From NCBI GenBank assembly GCA_963849325.1, contig CAWKHF010000012.1, positions 480,001 through 544,000 on the forward strand: DNA of 64,000 nt. Direction: 5' to 3'. The notes under the pieces were generated by a model, which was given only the letters and a program-made list of their open reading frames with translations, did not search any database and was not told where the DNA came from. The first letter of the stretch is position 1. The number at the start of each line of letters is the position of its first letter. The position numbers were made by a program, and so were the translations under genes. Below, piece by piece: positions 23,948 to 34,972 of the stretch. Source of the stretch: an uncultured Planctomycetota bacterium (GTDB lineage: Bacteria > Planctomycetota > Planctomycetia > Gemmatales > Gemmataceae).

Positions 23948-23977
23948 TTGACACCTTTTGAAGCCGACAGGTAAACT
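23948..23977 (+). promoter_or_regulatory. sigma70-type promoter upstream of the metallophosphoesterase-yidC region
   Basis: TTGACA-N18-TAAACT. Confidence 0.6.
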
Positions 23978-24077
23978 TTACAGGAGCCGACTTTCCGGAT
24001 CATGCGGCCGCGCACCAACCACGGGGAGTGAGCGGGATCTGCCTTGGCGCAGCGCTACGACCCTGGGAGAGCCATGC

Positions 24078-24840
24078 GTGAAGGCGATCATCAGCGACAT
24101 TCACAGTAACCTCGAGGCCCTGCAAGCGGTCCTCAAGGACATTGAAAAGCATCCCGTCACCGAGATCTACTGCCTGGGCGACGTCGTCGGCTACGGGCCG
24201 AACCCCCGCGAGTGCGTGGACCTGGTGATGAAGTGCAAGATCGTCCTGCTCGGCAACCACGATCAGGGGGCCATGTTCGACCCCGACGGCTTCAATCCCC
24301 CGGCCGAACGGGCCATCTTCTGGACGCGCGACCAACTCGAATCCTCCACCGAGACGCGGCAAGCTGCGCGAACGGCGCTGGGAGTTCCTGGCCGAACGGC
24401 CGCGCACCTTCCGCGAGAACGGCTACCTCTTCGTCCACGGCTCGGCCCGCAATCCGCTCAACGAATACGTCTTCCCCGAGGACATCTACAACCAGCGCAA
24501 GATGGAACGCATCTTCGCCCTGGTCGAGCGCTACTGTTTCCAGGGCCATACGCACGTGCCCGGCGTCTTCACCGAACAGGTGCCCGACGACCTGTACCAG
24601 TTCAGCAGCCCCGAAGAGATCGACTACAGCCACCGGCTCGACGGCCGCAAGACGCTGTGCAACGTCGGCTCGGTCGGCCAGCCGCGCGACGGCGACTGGC
24701 GCGCCTGCTACGTCCTGCTCGACGGCGAGACCATCCGCTATCGCCGCGTCGAATACGACATCGAAACGACCATCAAGAAGATTTACGCCGTCCCCGAGCT
24801 GGAGAACTTCCTCGGCGACCGTCTCCGCGACGGGCGATGA
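24078..24840 (+). CDS. Metallophosphoesterase family protein (frameshift near 24365)
   Basis: Motifs [22 protein letters not shown] and [10 protein letters not shown]. Confidence 0.9.
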
Positions 24841-24979
24841 GGAATTAAAGGAAGAGGGGACCAGGAGCGAAGGACTATGCGTAGGTCTTTCGTTCCTGGT
24901 CCCCGGTCTTTTTCGCGTTCGCCTGTAGCCTTCGCGGACGGTCGGACGCACGGCCGGATGCCCCTGTGATTGCACTACC

Positions 24980-27516
24980 ATGCAAAAAAATTACCTCCTG
25001 TTCTTCGTGCTGTCCGCACTGATCTTCCTCGGCTGGATGGCCCTGGCCCAGTACATCTGGCCGCCTCCCCCTCGGCCCGAGCACGCCGAAGTCGCCAAGG
25101 GCGACACCGGCAAGAAGACCGACGAGAAGAAGGCCGACGACGCGAAGAAGGTCGCGGACAAAAAGGCCGACGACAAGAAGAACGGCAAGAAAGCCGACGA
25201 GAAGAAGGCCGAGCCGCCCGTCGCCGCCAACATTTCCCTGCTGCCGCCGACGCCGCCGGACAAGCTCGTCACCCTCGGCGAGAAGGAACGCGGACTCGAA
25301 GTTCCACCTCGCGTGGTCCTCGATCCGCGTGGGGCGAGCGTGCTAAGCGTGCTGCTCAACAAGTTCCAGGCCGCCAATGACCTGGGCCGGCCCGCCTGGC
25401 ACAATGATGAAAAGACCGAGCCGCGCCTGCTGGAACTGGTGCCGGCGGGACCTGAACATCCGCTCGCCTTCGTTCCTCTTCTATGCCTTCGACGTCAACG
25501 ATCCCACCGACGACAAGCCGCTCGACACGCTCGGACGGATCAACTGGACCGTCCTCGACAAAAAGACCGAGGAAACGCTGGACGACGGCCGCCGCCGCGA
25601 GTCAGTGTCGTTCGAGGCCCGGACGCAGGGTGTGATCGTCACCAAGACGTACACGCTGACCGAGGGCGAGTACCACGTCGGCCTGGAAGTGAAGATGCGC
25701 GCAAGGCCGGAACGTCGGGCAAGGCGGTGACGTTCCGTTACCAGATGACGGGAGCGCACGGTCTGCCGGTCGAAGGCAAGTGGTACACGAGCATCTTCCG
25801 CAACGCCCTGATCGCCCGCGTCGATAAGGACGGCAACGTCGGCCGCGATCTGCAAGACCTGCGGCAAATCAGCCACTGGGGCGGCGGCAACGAGGTCCGC
25901 AAGGAGGAGAACAGCGTCCATCGCCTACGCCGGCGTGGCCAACCAATATTTCGCCTCGGTCATCGTGGTCGACAACAACCAGAAACAGCGGGGCTTACTC
26001 CGGCAAGCCCGGCCGACGCTGGAGACGGCCCTGACCAAGGGCGTCGTCAAGAGCGTGGCCGCCGATACTTCCAGCTTCGTCCTGAAAACGGCCAGCGGGG
26101 CGGAAGAGACGTTTTACGTGCCCGAGGAGGAACGCTTGCAGTTTCGCGGGCTGGCCAAGGACGCTCACATCGCCGTCCTGCACCACACCGGCTCCTTACA
26201 ACGAAAAGGCCCGCGAATATCCCGAGGTCGCCACCGACTTCTACCCCGAAGACGCCCTCCCCGCGCTGTGGGTGGATGACATCACGGTTCGCGTCTCCAC
26301 CGAGCCGGTCGAGCTGAAGGGCGATACGGAGGTCGTCCACAAGTATCTGCTCTACAACGGGCCGGTGAAGGTCAACCAGCTCTCCGGCCCTCCCGGCCTG
26401 GGACAGAAGCCCCTTGAAGAGGCGGCGTGGACCCGGCCCTGGTCCAGCGCTATCACGACGACCTGCACCTCAACACGCTGACCGATTACCACTCGCCCGG
26501 AGCGATGGGCCGCTTCGCCAGCGCCATCTACTGGACCGCCCTGGTCATCAAGTGCACCAACCTCATGCACGGGGTCCTCGCTTACATCCACGCCGTTATC
26601 CCCAGCTACGGCCTGTGCATCATCGTGCTGACGGTATTGGTCCGCGGCATGATGTTCCCGCTCAGCCGCAAGCAGGCGATGATGAGCTTGCGCATGCAGC
26701 AGCTGGCCCCCGAGCTGAAGAAATTGCAGGAGAAGTACAAGGATGATCGCCAGGCGCTGGGCATGGCGCAGATGGAGTTGTATCGCAAGCACGGCGTCAA
26801 TCCGTTCGGCAGCTGCTGGGTGCTGTTGTTGCAGATGCCGATCTTCATGGGCCTGTACTTCGCCTTGCAGGAGAGCATTCACTTCCGCTTGGCCGAATTC
26901 TGGCCGACGTGGATCACCAATCTGGCCGCGCCGGACATGCTGTTTAGCTGGAGCCAGCGCATCCCCTACATCAGCCGCGTTGAGGATTACGGCTCGTTCT
27001 TCTACCTGGGTCCGTACTTCAACCTTCTGCCGGTCATCGCCGTGGCCCTGATGATCGTGCAGCAGAAGATGATGACGCCGCCGCCGACCGACGAGCAGCA
27101 GGCGATGCAGCAGAAGATGATGAAGTACATGATGGTGTTCTTCGGCCTGATGTTCTACAAGGTGGCGGCTGGCCTGTGCCTGTACTTCATCGCCAGCAGC
27201 GTGTGGGGCTTCTGCGAGCGCAAGCTGCTGCCCAAGAAGAAGCCCGTCGTCGGAGAAATCTCCACGGAGGGTTACTTCCAGAAACTTCTCCGCCGGGCGC
27301 AGGGCGAACAGGTAACGCCGGCCCCTGTCGGTGTGACCGCGAGCAATGGCGGTCGGCTGGGCGGCAAGCGCGGCAAGAACAAACGCCGTCCGGGTCCGGC
27401 GCATGGGATCGGAGTCCGAGTCGGATACCGCTTCCGTACTGGGTCGATGGCGGAAGCGTCTGCGCGACTGGTGGATCACCGTGCTCAAGGAGGCCGAGAA
27501 GAAGAATCGCGGTTGA
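24980..27516 (+). CDS. yidC: Membrane protein insertase YidC (frameshifts)
   Basis: N-terminal TM, large periplasmic domain (NQYFAS), YGLCIIVLTVLVR, ELYRKHGVNP, LLQMPIF and AGLCLY; stop TGA at 27514-27516. Confidence 0.9.
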
Positions 27517-27523
27517 ACTCCCG

Positions 27524-27586
27524 GTTAGCCGCGACGCGCAGCGGAGCGCGGGACAGCCCCGCGCTCCGCTGCGCATCGCGGCTAAC
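27524..27586. repeat. REP-like palindrome, family B
   Basis: Inverted repeat between yidC and the VWA gene. Confidence 0.85.
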
Positions 27587-27617
27587 CGGGCGCCTCATGA
27601 TCCATGAGGTTCCCCCT

Positions 27618-29302
27618 ATGCGTATCTTGCTTGTAATCGCCCTGGCGACGCTTCTTCTCGCGGTCGTGCCGGGCGCCGCGCAGAACACCGAGTCGTTGCA
27701 ATACCAGGTCGAGATCGACAAGGACGAGACCACCAAGGGAAACAAGGTCTTCGCTTCGTTCCGCCAGCGCCACGGCAAACAGGCGCTGTACGTCACGGTG
27801 CAATTCAAGGTGCTGCGCGACGCCGACGGCAACCTGGCCACCGACGTGGACAAGGACGACATCGTCATCCGCGAGGACGGCAAGAAGGTCGAGGAGCTGG
27901 AAATCCTGCTGCCGCGGACGGCCCTGACGACGGTGCTGGCCATGGACGTCAGCGGCAGCATGGCGAACCCCAGTGGAGCCAGCGGCATCAAGAAGATCGA
28001 CGAGGCCAAAAAGGCGGCCGGCATTTTCCTCGATCACCTCAGCACCAAATCGGAAACCGGCCTGATCCTGTTCGACCACCTGATGCGCGTCAAGGAACCG
28101 CCGCTGCGCGACGCCGGGCAGTACCGCGAACACCGCCGCAAGGTCCGCGAGCTGATCGACGCCGCTCGGCCGATGGGCGGCACGGCTTACCTGGACGCCG
28201 CCGCCCTGGGCGTGGAGATGCTCAAGGGCATCGACGGCCGCCGGGCCGTGCTCATCATGACCGACGGCGTGGACATGAACAGCCGGAGGACGCTGGCCGA
28301 GGTCATCAAGCTGGCCACCGTCAACCAGGTGCCGGTCTACACGCTGGGCATCGGCGAGCTGGGCAAGTACAAGAACGTGACGACGGTGCTGGTCCTCGAT
28401 CACTCCGGCAGCATGCGCGGCAAGGCCGACGCCACCGACAAGCACTCCAAGATCGAGGCGCTGCGCACGGCCGCCTCGCGCTTCGTGGAGCTGATGCGGC
28501 GCAACGCGCAGACGACGCTGCTGCCATTCAGCAGCGAGGTCGAGGTGCCGGCCCCGTTCAGCGACGACAAGCGTGTGCTGCTGCGAGCGCATCAAGCAAT
28601 TGCAGCCGGAGGGCGGCACGCTGCTGTACGATGCCACCTATGCCGGCCTGGAAACGCTCGCCGCCGCTCGATCGCAACGGCCGCAACGCCGTCGTCGTGC
28701 TGACCGACGGCAAGGACGAGGCGCCCGGCAGTCGCACGTCCGATCGGCTGGTTATCGAGCGGGCCAAGGAATTGAAGGTGCCGCTGTACATGCTCGGCCT
28801 GGGCCGGCCCGAGGAGATCAACGAGGGCGTCATGCAGCGCATGGCGACCGAGACCGGCGGCAAGTATTTCCACGCCGGCAGCGAGCAACGGCTGTTCGAG
28901 ATCTTCGAGAAGCTGTCGATCGACCTGCACGACGACGGCATCAACGAGAAGGAGCTGCGCACGCTGGCCGACAAGACGGGCGGCAAGTTCTTCTGGGCCC
29001 GCGACGCCTCCAAGCTGCCGCGCTTCTTCGAGGAGCTGGCGACCGAGCTGCAATCGACGTACACCGTGACGTTCCCGAGTCGGCGTTCCAGCCACGACGG
29101 CACCGCCCGCGGCATCGACATCAGCATCGAGCGCAACGGTGTGCGGCTCAGCAACGTCGGCTCGGCGGACTACAACGTCCACGGCGTTGTTGTACCGGAG
29201 ATGGACTATCGTATTTATCTGGTCTTTCTGGCGCTGCTGGGCGTGTTCCTCCTCGCCCCGACGGGCGTTCGCCGGCTGTATCGTCTGTATGGCGGATCGT
29301 GA
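27618..29302 (+). CDS. Secreted/membrane protein with two VWA domains (frameshifts)
   Basis: Two MIDAS motifs (DVSGSM, DHSGSM), two TDG motifs, signal peptide and C-terminal TM. Confidence 0.85.
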
Positions 29303-29326
29303 CAGCCGCTTTCGGCCCCTCGAACC

Positions 29327-30648
29327 ATGCATACCCGCGATACCATCACGGCCCTGTCCACCGCGTCCGGCCCCGGCGGCTCGGGCGATTGTCCGCGTCA
29401 GTGGTCCGACGGCCGTCGCCGTAATTTCGCCGCTGTTCGCGGCGGCTCAGCCTTTCGTCGCCGGCCGGCGCGGCCTGCTCTCGGGACACCTGCGCCTGCC
29501 CGACCTGGCCCCTCTCCCGCCGACGTGTACTACTGGGCCGCGCCGCACAGCTACACCGGAGAGGATCTGGCCGAGATTCACTTGCTCTCGTGCCCGCCCT
29601 TGCTGGAGCTGCTGATCGCGCAGCTTCTCCAGGCCGGTTGTCGGGCCGCTCGGCCGGGCGAGTTCACTCTGCGCGCGTTTCTCGCCGGCAAGCTCGATCT
29701 GACCCGCGCCGAGGCCGTCCATGCCGTCATCGAGTCCGGCTCGCGCGACGAGCTGAAACAGGCGCTCAAGCAGCTCGCCGGCGGCATGGCCCGGCCGCTG
29801 CACGAGCTGCGCGATGACCTGCTCAACCTCCTCGCCGACGTCGAAGCGGGACTTGATTTCGCCGATGAGGACATCTCTTTCGTTCGGCCGGAGGACATGC
29901 TGCAACGACTGGGCAAGGCCCTGGCGCAGGTCACGCTGCTGGGCAAGCAACTGGACCAGCGCGGCCTCGCCGACCGCGTCTTTCGGGCCGTGCTGACGGG
30001 TCGGCCCAACGCCGGCAAGAGCAGCCTGTTCAACGCCCTGGCCGGCGCCGACGCCCTGGTCAACTCGCAGCCGGGCACCACGCGGGATTATCTCGTCCGG
30101 CGTCTCGATCTCGGCGGTGCCCGCGTCGAACTGATCGATACACCCGGCTGGCAGATGGAGACCAGCACCATTGACAGCCAGGCGCAGACGCTGGCGCGCG
30201 AACAGGCCGAGAGCGCCGACTTGCTTCTGCTGTGCCTGGAATCCGGTCAGCCGGTGGCGCCGGAAGAGGAAACGATCGCTCGACAGTCGCATCCGCCGGT
30301 CGTCGCCATCGCCACCAAATGCGACCAGGCGCCGGCCCTCGCCGGCCTCCTGGCCACCAGCGCGGTCACGGGCGCCGGCCTCGCGTCTCTGCGGACGCTG
30401 CTGGGCGAACATGCCCGCCGCTACCAGCAGCCGGCCCTGGCGCCGAGCCTCAGCCGCTGCCGCCATCACGTCGAGGCGTGCCTGGAACAACTGCGCCGCG
30501 CGCACCGCATCGTCCTCTTCGACGAGCCGCCCGAACTACTCGCCCTGGAGGTGCGCGGGCGCTGGAACAACTTGGCGAGATGGTCGGCACCGTCTACACG
30601 GACGATCTGCTCGATCGCATTTTCAGCCGCTTCTGCATCGGCAAATAA
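29327..30648 (+). CDS. mnmE: tRNA modification GTPase MnmE/TrmE (frameshifts)
   Basis: Motifs SYTGED, PGEFTLRAFL, GRPNAGKSS, GTTRD, DTPG and C-terminal FSRFCIGK. Confidence 0.92.
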
Positions 30649-30716
30649 CCCCCGTAACAAAATCTCGCCGCCCCGAAACCGCGATGGCATCCCTTGGAGG
30701 TCGGTGTAGGCATCGG

Positions 30717-30789
30717 TGTAGGGTGGGTCGAGTGGAACGAGGCCCACCGCCTGCCGCGGTGGGCCTCGTTCCACTCGACCCACCCTACA
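30717..30789. repeat. GTAG-type REP doublet (REPIN-like)
   Basis: Perfect 34-bp arms TGTAGGGTGGGTCGAG... and ...CCACCCTACA with a 5-nt loop. Confidence 0.9.
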
Positions 30790-30872
30790 AATCCACCATT
30801 CGCTCAGTCACCCCTCCATTCTTCGCCGTTCGCCGTTCCCGTGGAAAATATTTTCTCTTGACACCAAGAGCC

Positions 30873-31308
30873 TTATGACGGTGCGGCGGGTACGGCGTTT
30901 GGCGTGAAAACTCCCGCAACCGCATCGAGCGACACGCCTATCAACCGCGCCAAACCCAACGCTTGCACCACTACGAAGAATGCCGAACTCGGGTCGAACG
31001 GGTCCAGAGGTTCGGTCGCGTTGTACATGGCCTGACAGCACGACTCTTCGAGGGCGTACTGGCCGGATTCTCATTCGATCCCCACCCTCCATAGCTGCAA
31101 GCAACCGATGCCGAACCTCGTCGAACACAGCATGCCCGGCCGACCAGTGGCTGGGAGTGGCGGCCAGCTCCGCGACGCAGGCGTGACTCTCGGCGTCCGG
31201 CAGACGCCCCGCGAACACGCGGAGCAGGGCGACGATGTGTCCACCCATCTGACGTTCGTATGGGCCGGGGTGGCTCTCCGGAAACCTGTAGATGTTGGGG
31301 AACCCCAC
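30873..31308 (-). CDS. Hypothetical protein (frameshift near 31065)
   Basis: GGAGG RBS; MGFPNIYRF... continues after a frame change as YALEESCCQAMYNAT..FDPSSAFFV..*. Confidence 0.6.
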
Positions 31309-31801
31309 TGCGCCCTCCGCCTCTTTCGTCGAACTACTGTTTAGTCGTTTAAACCACTTCGTAGATCGCCATTAGGCGGGGAACGGGACAAGGCCGTCCT
31401 CCCTACATTTGCTTGGGCGATCGGTCGCGGCCCTTGCCGCATTCGTGGTGGCTGGACCTTCACGGTCTCCCGGCTGATTCGTCGGAGTCGGGGCGTCTCG
31501 CGGCTTCCTTCGTGGTGGTCCCTCGTGGACCCCGTTCGGAAGTTTGCCCTTCCTCACCCCACGATACGCCCCCGCCGGCCTCCCACGGTTGACCCACGAA
31601 CTCCTCTATTCTGAAGGCTACCATGTCCCGGCACAAGCACAAAAACAGCCTCGTCCGCCCCAACGCCACTTCGCCACTTCGTCACCCCCTTTTGAACACG
31701 AATCGTCTGGTTTCCGGGCGGCGGCGCGGATAAAATGAGGATGTGGGACAACCCCATAGCCCCGCGCCGCACTGATGGGCTTGATAACGGCGCCGGAAAG
31801 G

Positions 31802-32908
31802 ATGAGTGATGTCAAACTGCGTCAGGCCATCGCGCTCGAAGCCGCCCGCCTGATGTACGAACGAGTCGAGTCCGAATACTTCACCGCCAAACGCAAGGCC
31901 GCCAAGCGACTGTGCCGCCGCGGCGTCAAACCCGAAGACCTCCCCTCCAACGCCGAAATCCGCGAGCAGATCCAGCTCTTCGCCCGCATCCACGAAGGCG
32001 ACCAACGTACTCGGAACCTGCGCGACATGCGCCTGGAAGCGCTGCGCCTGATGCGCCTGCTCCGTCCGTTTCGGCCGCGGCTCATCGGCAGCGTCATGAC
32101 CGGGCACGTCCGCAAAGGCTCCGACATCGACCTGCACCTCTTCAGCGACAGCCCCGCTCTGATTACCGACCTGCTCGAACAGGCCGGCTGCCAATACGAC
32201 CTCGAGCGCAAGCAGGTCGTCAAGCACGGCGAGGCCCGCGTGTTCACGCACATCCACGTCTACGACCGCTTCAACTTCGAGCTAACCGTTTATCCCGAGG
32301 ACAAGGCCCATTACGTCTTCAAGAGTTCCATCACCGGCAAGCCCATCGAGCGTGCCTCGATCAAGGAACTGGAGGAACTGCTGGCCCGCGAATACCCCGA
32401 CCTGAATCTCGACGACGAATTGCAAGCCGCCGAGGCCGAGGTCGATCCGTATCCGGTCTTCCGCATGTTGCTGTTGCCGCTGGAGAACGTGGCGGGATCG
32501 CGCGTCTATCATCCCGAGGGCGACGTGCTGTATCATTCGCTGCAAGTGTTCGAGCTGGCCCGCGAACGCCGGCCTTACGACGAGGAGTTCTTGCTGGCGG
32601 CCCTGTTGCACGACGTCGGCAAGGGACTGGACCGGAGCCATCACGTCGAGGCGGCATTGCAGGCGCTGGACGGACTGATCACCGAGCGGACACGGTTCTT
32701 CATCGAGCATCACATGCATGCGCATGAATACCGTGACGGCAAGCTCGGCGCTCGGCTCCGCCGCGAACTGGAAGCATCGCCGGATTTCGAGGAATTGATG
32801 CTGCTGCACGAATGCGACGTCGGCGGCCGCGTGTCCGGCGCTGTCGTGTGTACCGTCGAGGAGGCGATCGACTACCTGCGCGAGCTGGAACGCAGCAACA
32901 GCGAATAG
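31802..32908 (+). CDS. Nucleotidyltransferase plus HD-domain protein
   Basis: Pol-beta-type motif IGSV..G...SDIDLH; HD region YHPEGDVLYHS..LLHDVGK. Confidence 0.85.
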   Translation: MSDVKLRQAIALEAARLMYERVESEYFTAKRKAAKRLCRRGVKPEDLPSNAEIREQIQLFARIHEGDQRTRNLRDMRLEALRLMRLLRPFRPRLIGSVMTGHVRKGSDIDLHLFSDSPALITDLLEQAGCQYDLERKQVVKHGEARVFTHIHVYDRFNFELTVYPEDKAHYVFKSSITGKPIERASIKELEELLAREYPDLNLDDELQAAEAEVDPYPVFRMLLLPLENVAGSRVYHPEGDVLYHSLQVFELARERRPYDEEFLLAALLHDVGKGLDRSHHVEAALQALDGLITERTRFFIEHHMHAHEYRDGKLGARLRRELEASPDFEELMLLHECDVGGRVSGAVVCTVEEAIDYLRELERSNSE

Positions 32909-32921
32909 AAAGGGTGGCGAA

Positions 32922-33366
32922 ATGCTCGACGAACTGGTAGCGGGCTATCCGGTGGTGGTGCGGCAGGCGGTGGTGTGGGGCGAGATGGATTCGTATCGCC
33001 ACGTCAACAACGTGGTCTATTTCCGCTACTTCGAGAACGCTCGCCTGGAGTATATTCGTCGCCTCGATTGGCCGGCCTTCGAGGCGGAGATTGGCATCGG
33101 TCCCATCCTGGCCATGACACACGCTCGTTTCCGCCGGGCGCTCGACCTACCCCGACACCATCGCCATCACCGCTCGACTGGGCACGCTCGGCGATGATCG
33201 CTTCACCCTGGAGCACCGCATCTTCAGCGCGCAGCTCGGCGGCCTGGCCACCGAGGGCGAGGGCACGGTGGTAGCGTTTCATTACGGGCGCGGCGAGAAG
33301 GTGCCGCTGCCCGAGGAATTGCGGCGGCGCATCGCCGTTCTGGAGGCTAGTGCAGCGCGTGCGTGA
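32922..33366 (+). CDS. Acyl-CoA thioesterase, 4HBT/hotdog family (frameshift)
   Basis: WGEMDSYRHVNNVVYFRYFE motif. Confidence 0.88.
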
Positions 33367-33408
33367 GCCGCGAGCGCGATGGCTTCGCGGCTCGCGGCCC
33401 ACGGCCCA

Positions 33409-33799
33409 TTACCTCACGTAGGACGGCTCGTCCTTGTCGTAGTACATGAAGAAATCGCGCGGACTGCGAGCGTAGGGATGGGTGCCGAACGTCGGCGAAC
33501 CCTGGCCACCCGGCCCGCCCAGCATTCCCGGCCTGCCTCGCGCCCGGCCCGCCCGGTCCAAAGCGCGGCGGAGGCGGTCCCGGAACCATGCCCTGGAACG
33601 GCGGGAACGGCGGGTACGGACAGTATCCGGGACCGTGCAGCAGACCGCAGTTGTTGACCCAGTAGAAGCCTGGACCACACATGTCCGGCGCCTGGGGTAT
33701 GGGAGGAAAATAACAACCGCATTGCGGCTGCGCCTGGGCCAGGCCGACGCCGAGGGCCAGGCCCAGAAATGTTCCGAGCGACCGAGCCAATCCGTTCAT
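33409..33799 (-). CDS. Small secreted Pro/Cys/Gly-rich protein (frameshift)
   Basis: AAAGGAG RBS, signal peptide, PQAPDMCGPGFY, and C-terminal FGTHPYARSPRDFFM. Confidence 0.75.
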
Positions 33800-34027
33800 C
33801 GCGACTCCTTTCGTGAGGTAGGTCCCGGCGGAAGACCCTTCGCCTTCCGGCACACTAGCCTACCCCACGAATCGAGCGCCACCGGCGGATGGCTCGGGAT
33901 TCGGCCGGAATTTCGCGGAAGAGCGGAGAAACGGCGCGGAAGAGGCGCGACGTGACGGCTTAACGACAAGAGACCGGCCCCCGCGGATGCGAGTGCCGGC
34001 CTCAGGGCACGGATACCGGATCGTGAA

Positions 34028-34507
34028 TCAATAGCCGCCAGGACCGGGCATCATCGCGGGTCCGTAAGCGCCACCGTAGCCAGGGCCGGCGCAACCGGGG
34101 CCGGCGCAACCGGGGCCGGTCGGCGGCCCGCCGATGCAATTGTTGGGAGCGGCCCACTGCATGCCCGGCACCACGAACACCGGGGCGTAGTTGATGCGGC
34201 CACAGCAGCCGCCGCCACCACCGGGACCACCGCAACCGGTGTTAATTTGATAGCCGTGGTTTTTGTAGTAGGCGACCCAGTCGATATGATCCAGAGCGCA
34301 ATAGTAGTTTTTCAGAGCATCATAGTAGTCGTGCCAGAACTTTTGCAGCCGCTCTTCTTCGGGAGTGAGGCACTTGTAACGCTTGGCGAAGATGTTCCAG
34401 CACGGTTGATAACCGCTGTAGGACATCGAACTCCAGCTGGCGTGCGAATGGCTCGTACACAGGGCCAGTCCCAACACGGCGCAAGCCATCAAGCCGATCC
34501 GTTTCAT
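34028..34507 (-). CDS. Small secreted Cys/Gly/Tyr-rich protein
   Basis: AAAGGAG RBS, signal peptide, EEERLQKFWHDYYDAL..IDWVAYYKNHGYQIN and GPGCA repeats. Confidence 0.8.
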   Translation of the reverse strand: MKRIGLMACAVLGLALCTSHSHASWSSMSYSGYQPCWNIFAKRYKCLTPEEERLQKFWHDYYDALKNYYCALDHIDWVAYYKNHGYQINTGCGGPGGGGGCCGRINYAPVFVVPGMQWAAPNNCIGGPPTGPGCAGPGCAGPGYGGAYGPAMMPGPGGY

Positions 34508-34782
34508 CGCGACTCCTTTCACAGGGAAGTCCCCCTTCCGTCCACGGGGAGGGAGTCGGGCGCTTCGCCGTCCCCTGTCCGATACCCGTGCGGGGTTGAG
34601 TGTAACGCGATGCGGCCTTCTCTCGTCAGTGCAGCGCCGCATCCGGCACAATTAGAATCGACCGATGCGGCAAGGAAGTGCGGAGAAAACGATGCCTCCA
34701 TGCCCATGCGGAGCTTGCCTTTTCGACATAGCAGGCACAACCGGCAAAGCTTCGCGCACTTGCGTCTTCCCACTAAACATCC

Positions 34783-34959
34783 GAGCCTGAAGCGTAAGCG
34801 AAGGAACGGCACTGGATCCTATCGACTGGGTCGCTTACTACTAAAACCAGGGCTATCAAATTAACACCGGCTGCGGTGGTCCGGGTGGCGGCGGCGGCTG
34901 TGGCCGCATCCACTACGCCACCGAAGGGTGACGTTCTTCTTCGCTTACGCTTCAGGCTC
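34783..34959. repeat. Family A REP palindrome whose 135-nt loop carries an inverted gene fragment
   Basis: Arms at 34783-34803 and 34939-34959; 34809-34919 matches the reverse complement of 34184-34297. Confidence 0.9.
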
Positions 34960-34972
34960 CGATCAAAGCGTT

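Noticed and set aside
26427-28703. YidC-VWA fusion protein (758-aa ORF)
   Set aside because: An indel near 27400 bypasses the natural yidC stop at 27516. The ORF reads through a REP, and the VWA gene has its own signal peptide.
34184-34919. Diversity-generating retroelement TR/VR pair
   Set aside because: Only 3 of 9 mismatches are at gene-strand adenines, most are third-position changes, and there is no reverse transcriptase in the window.
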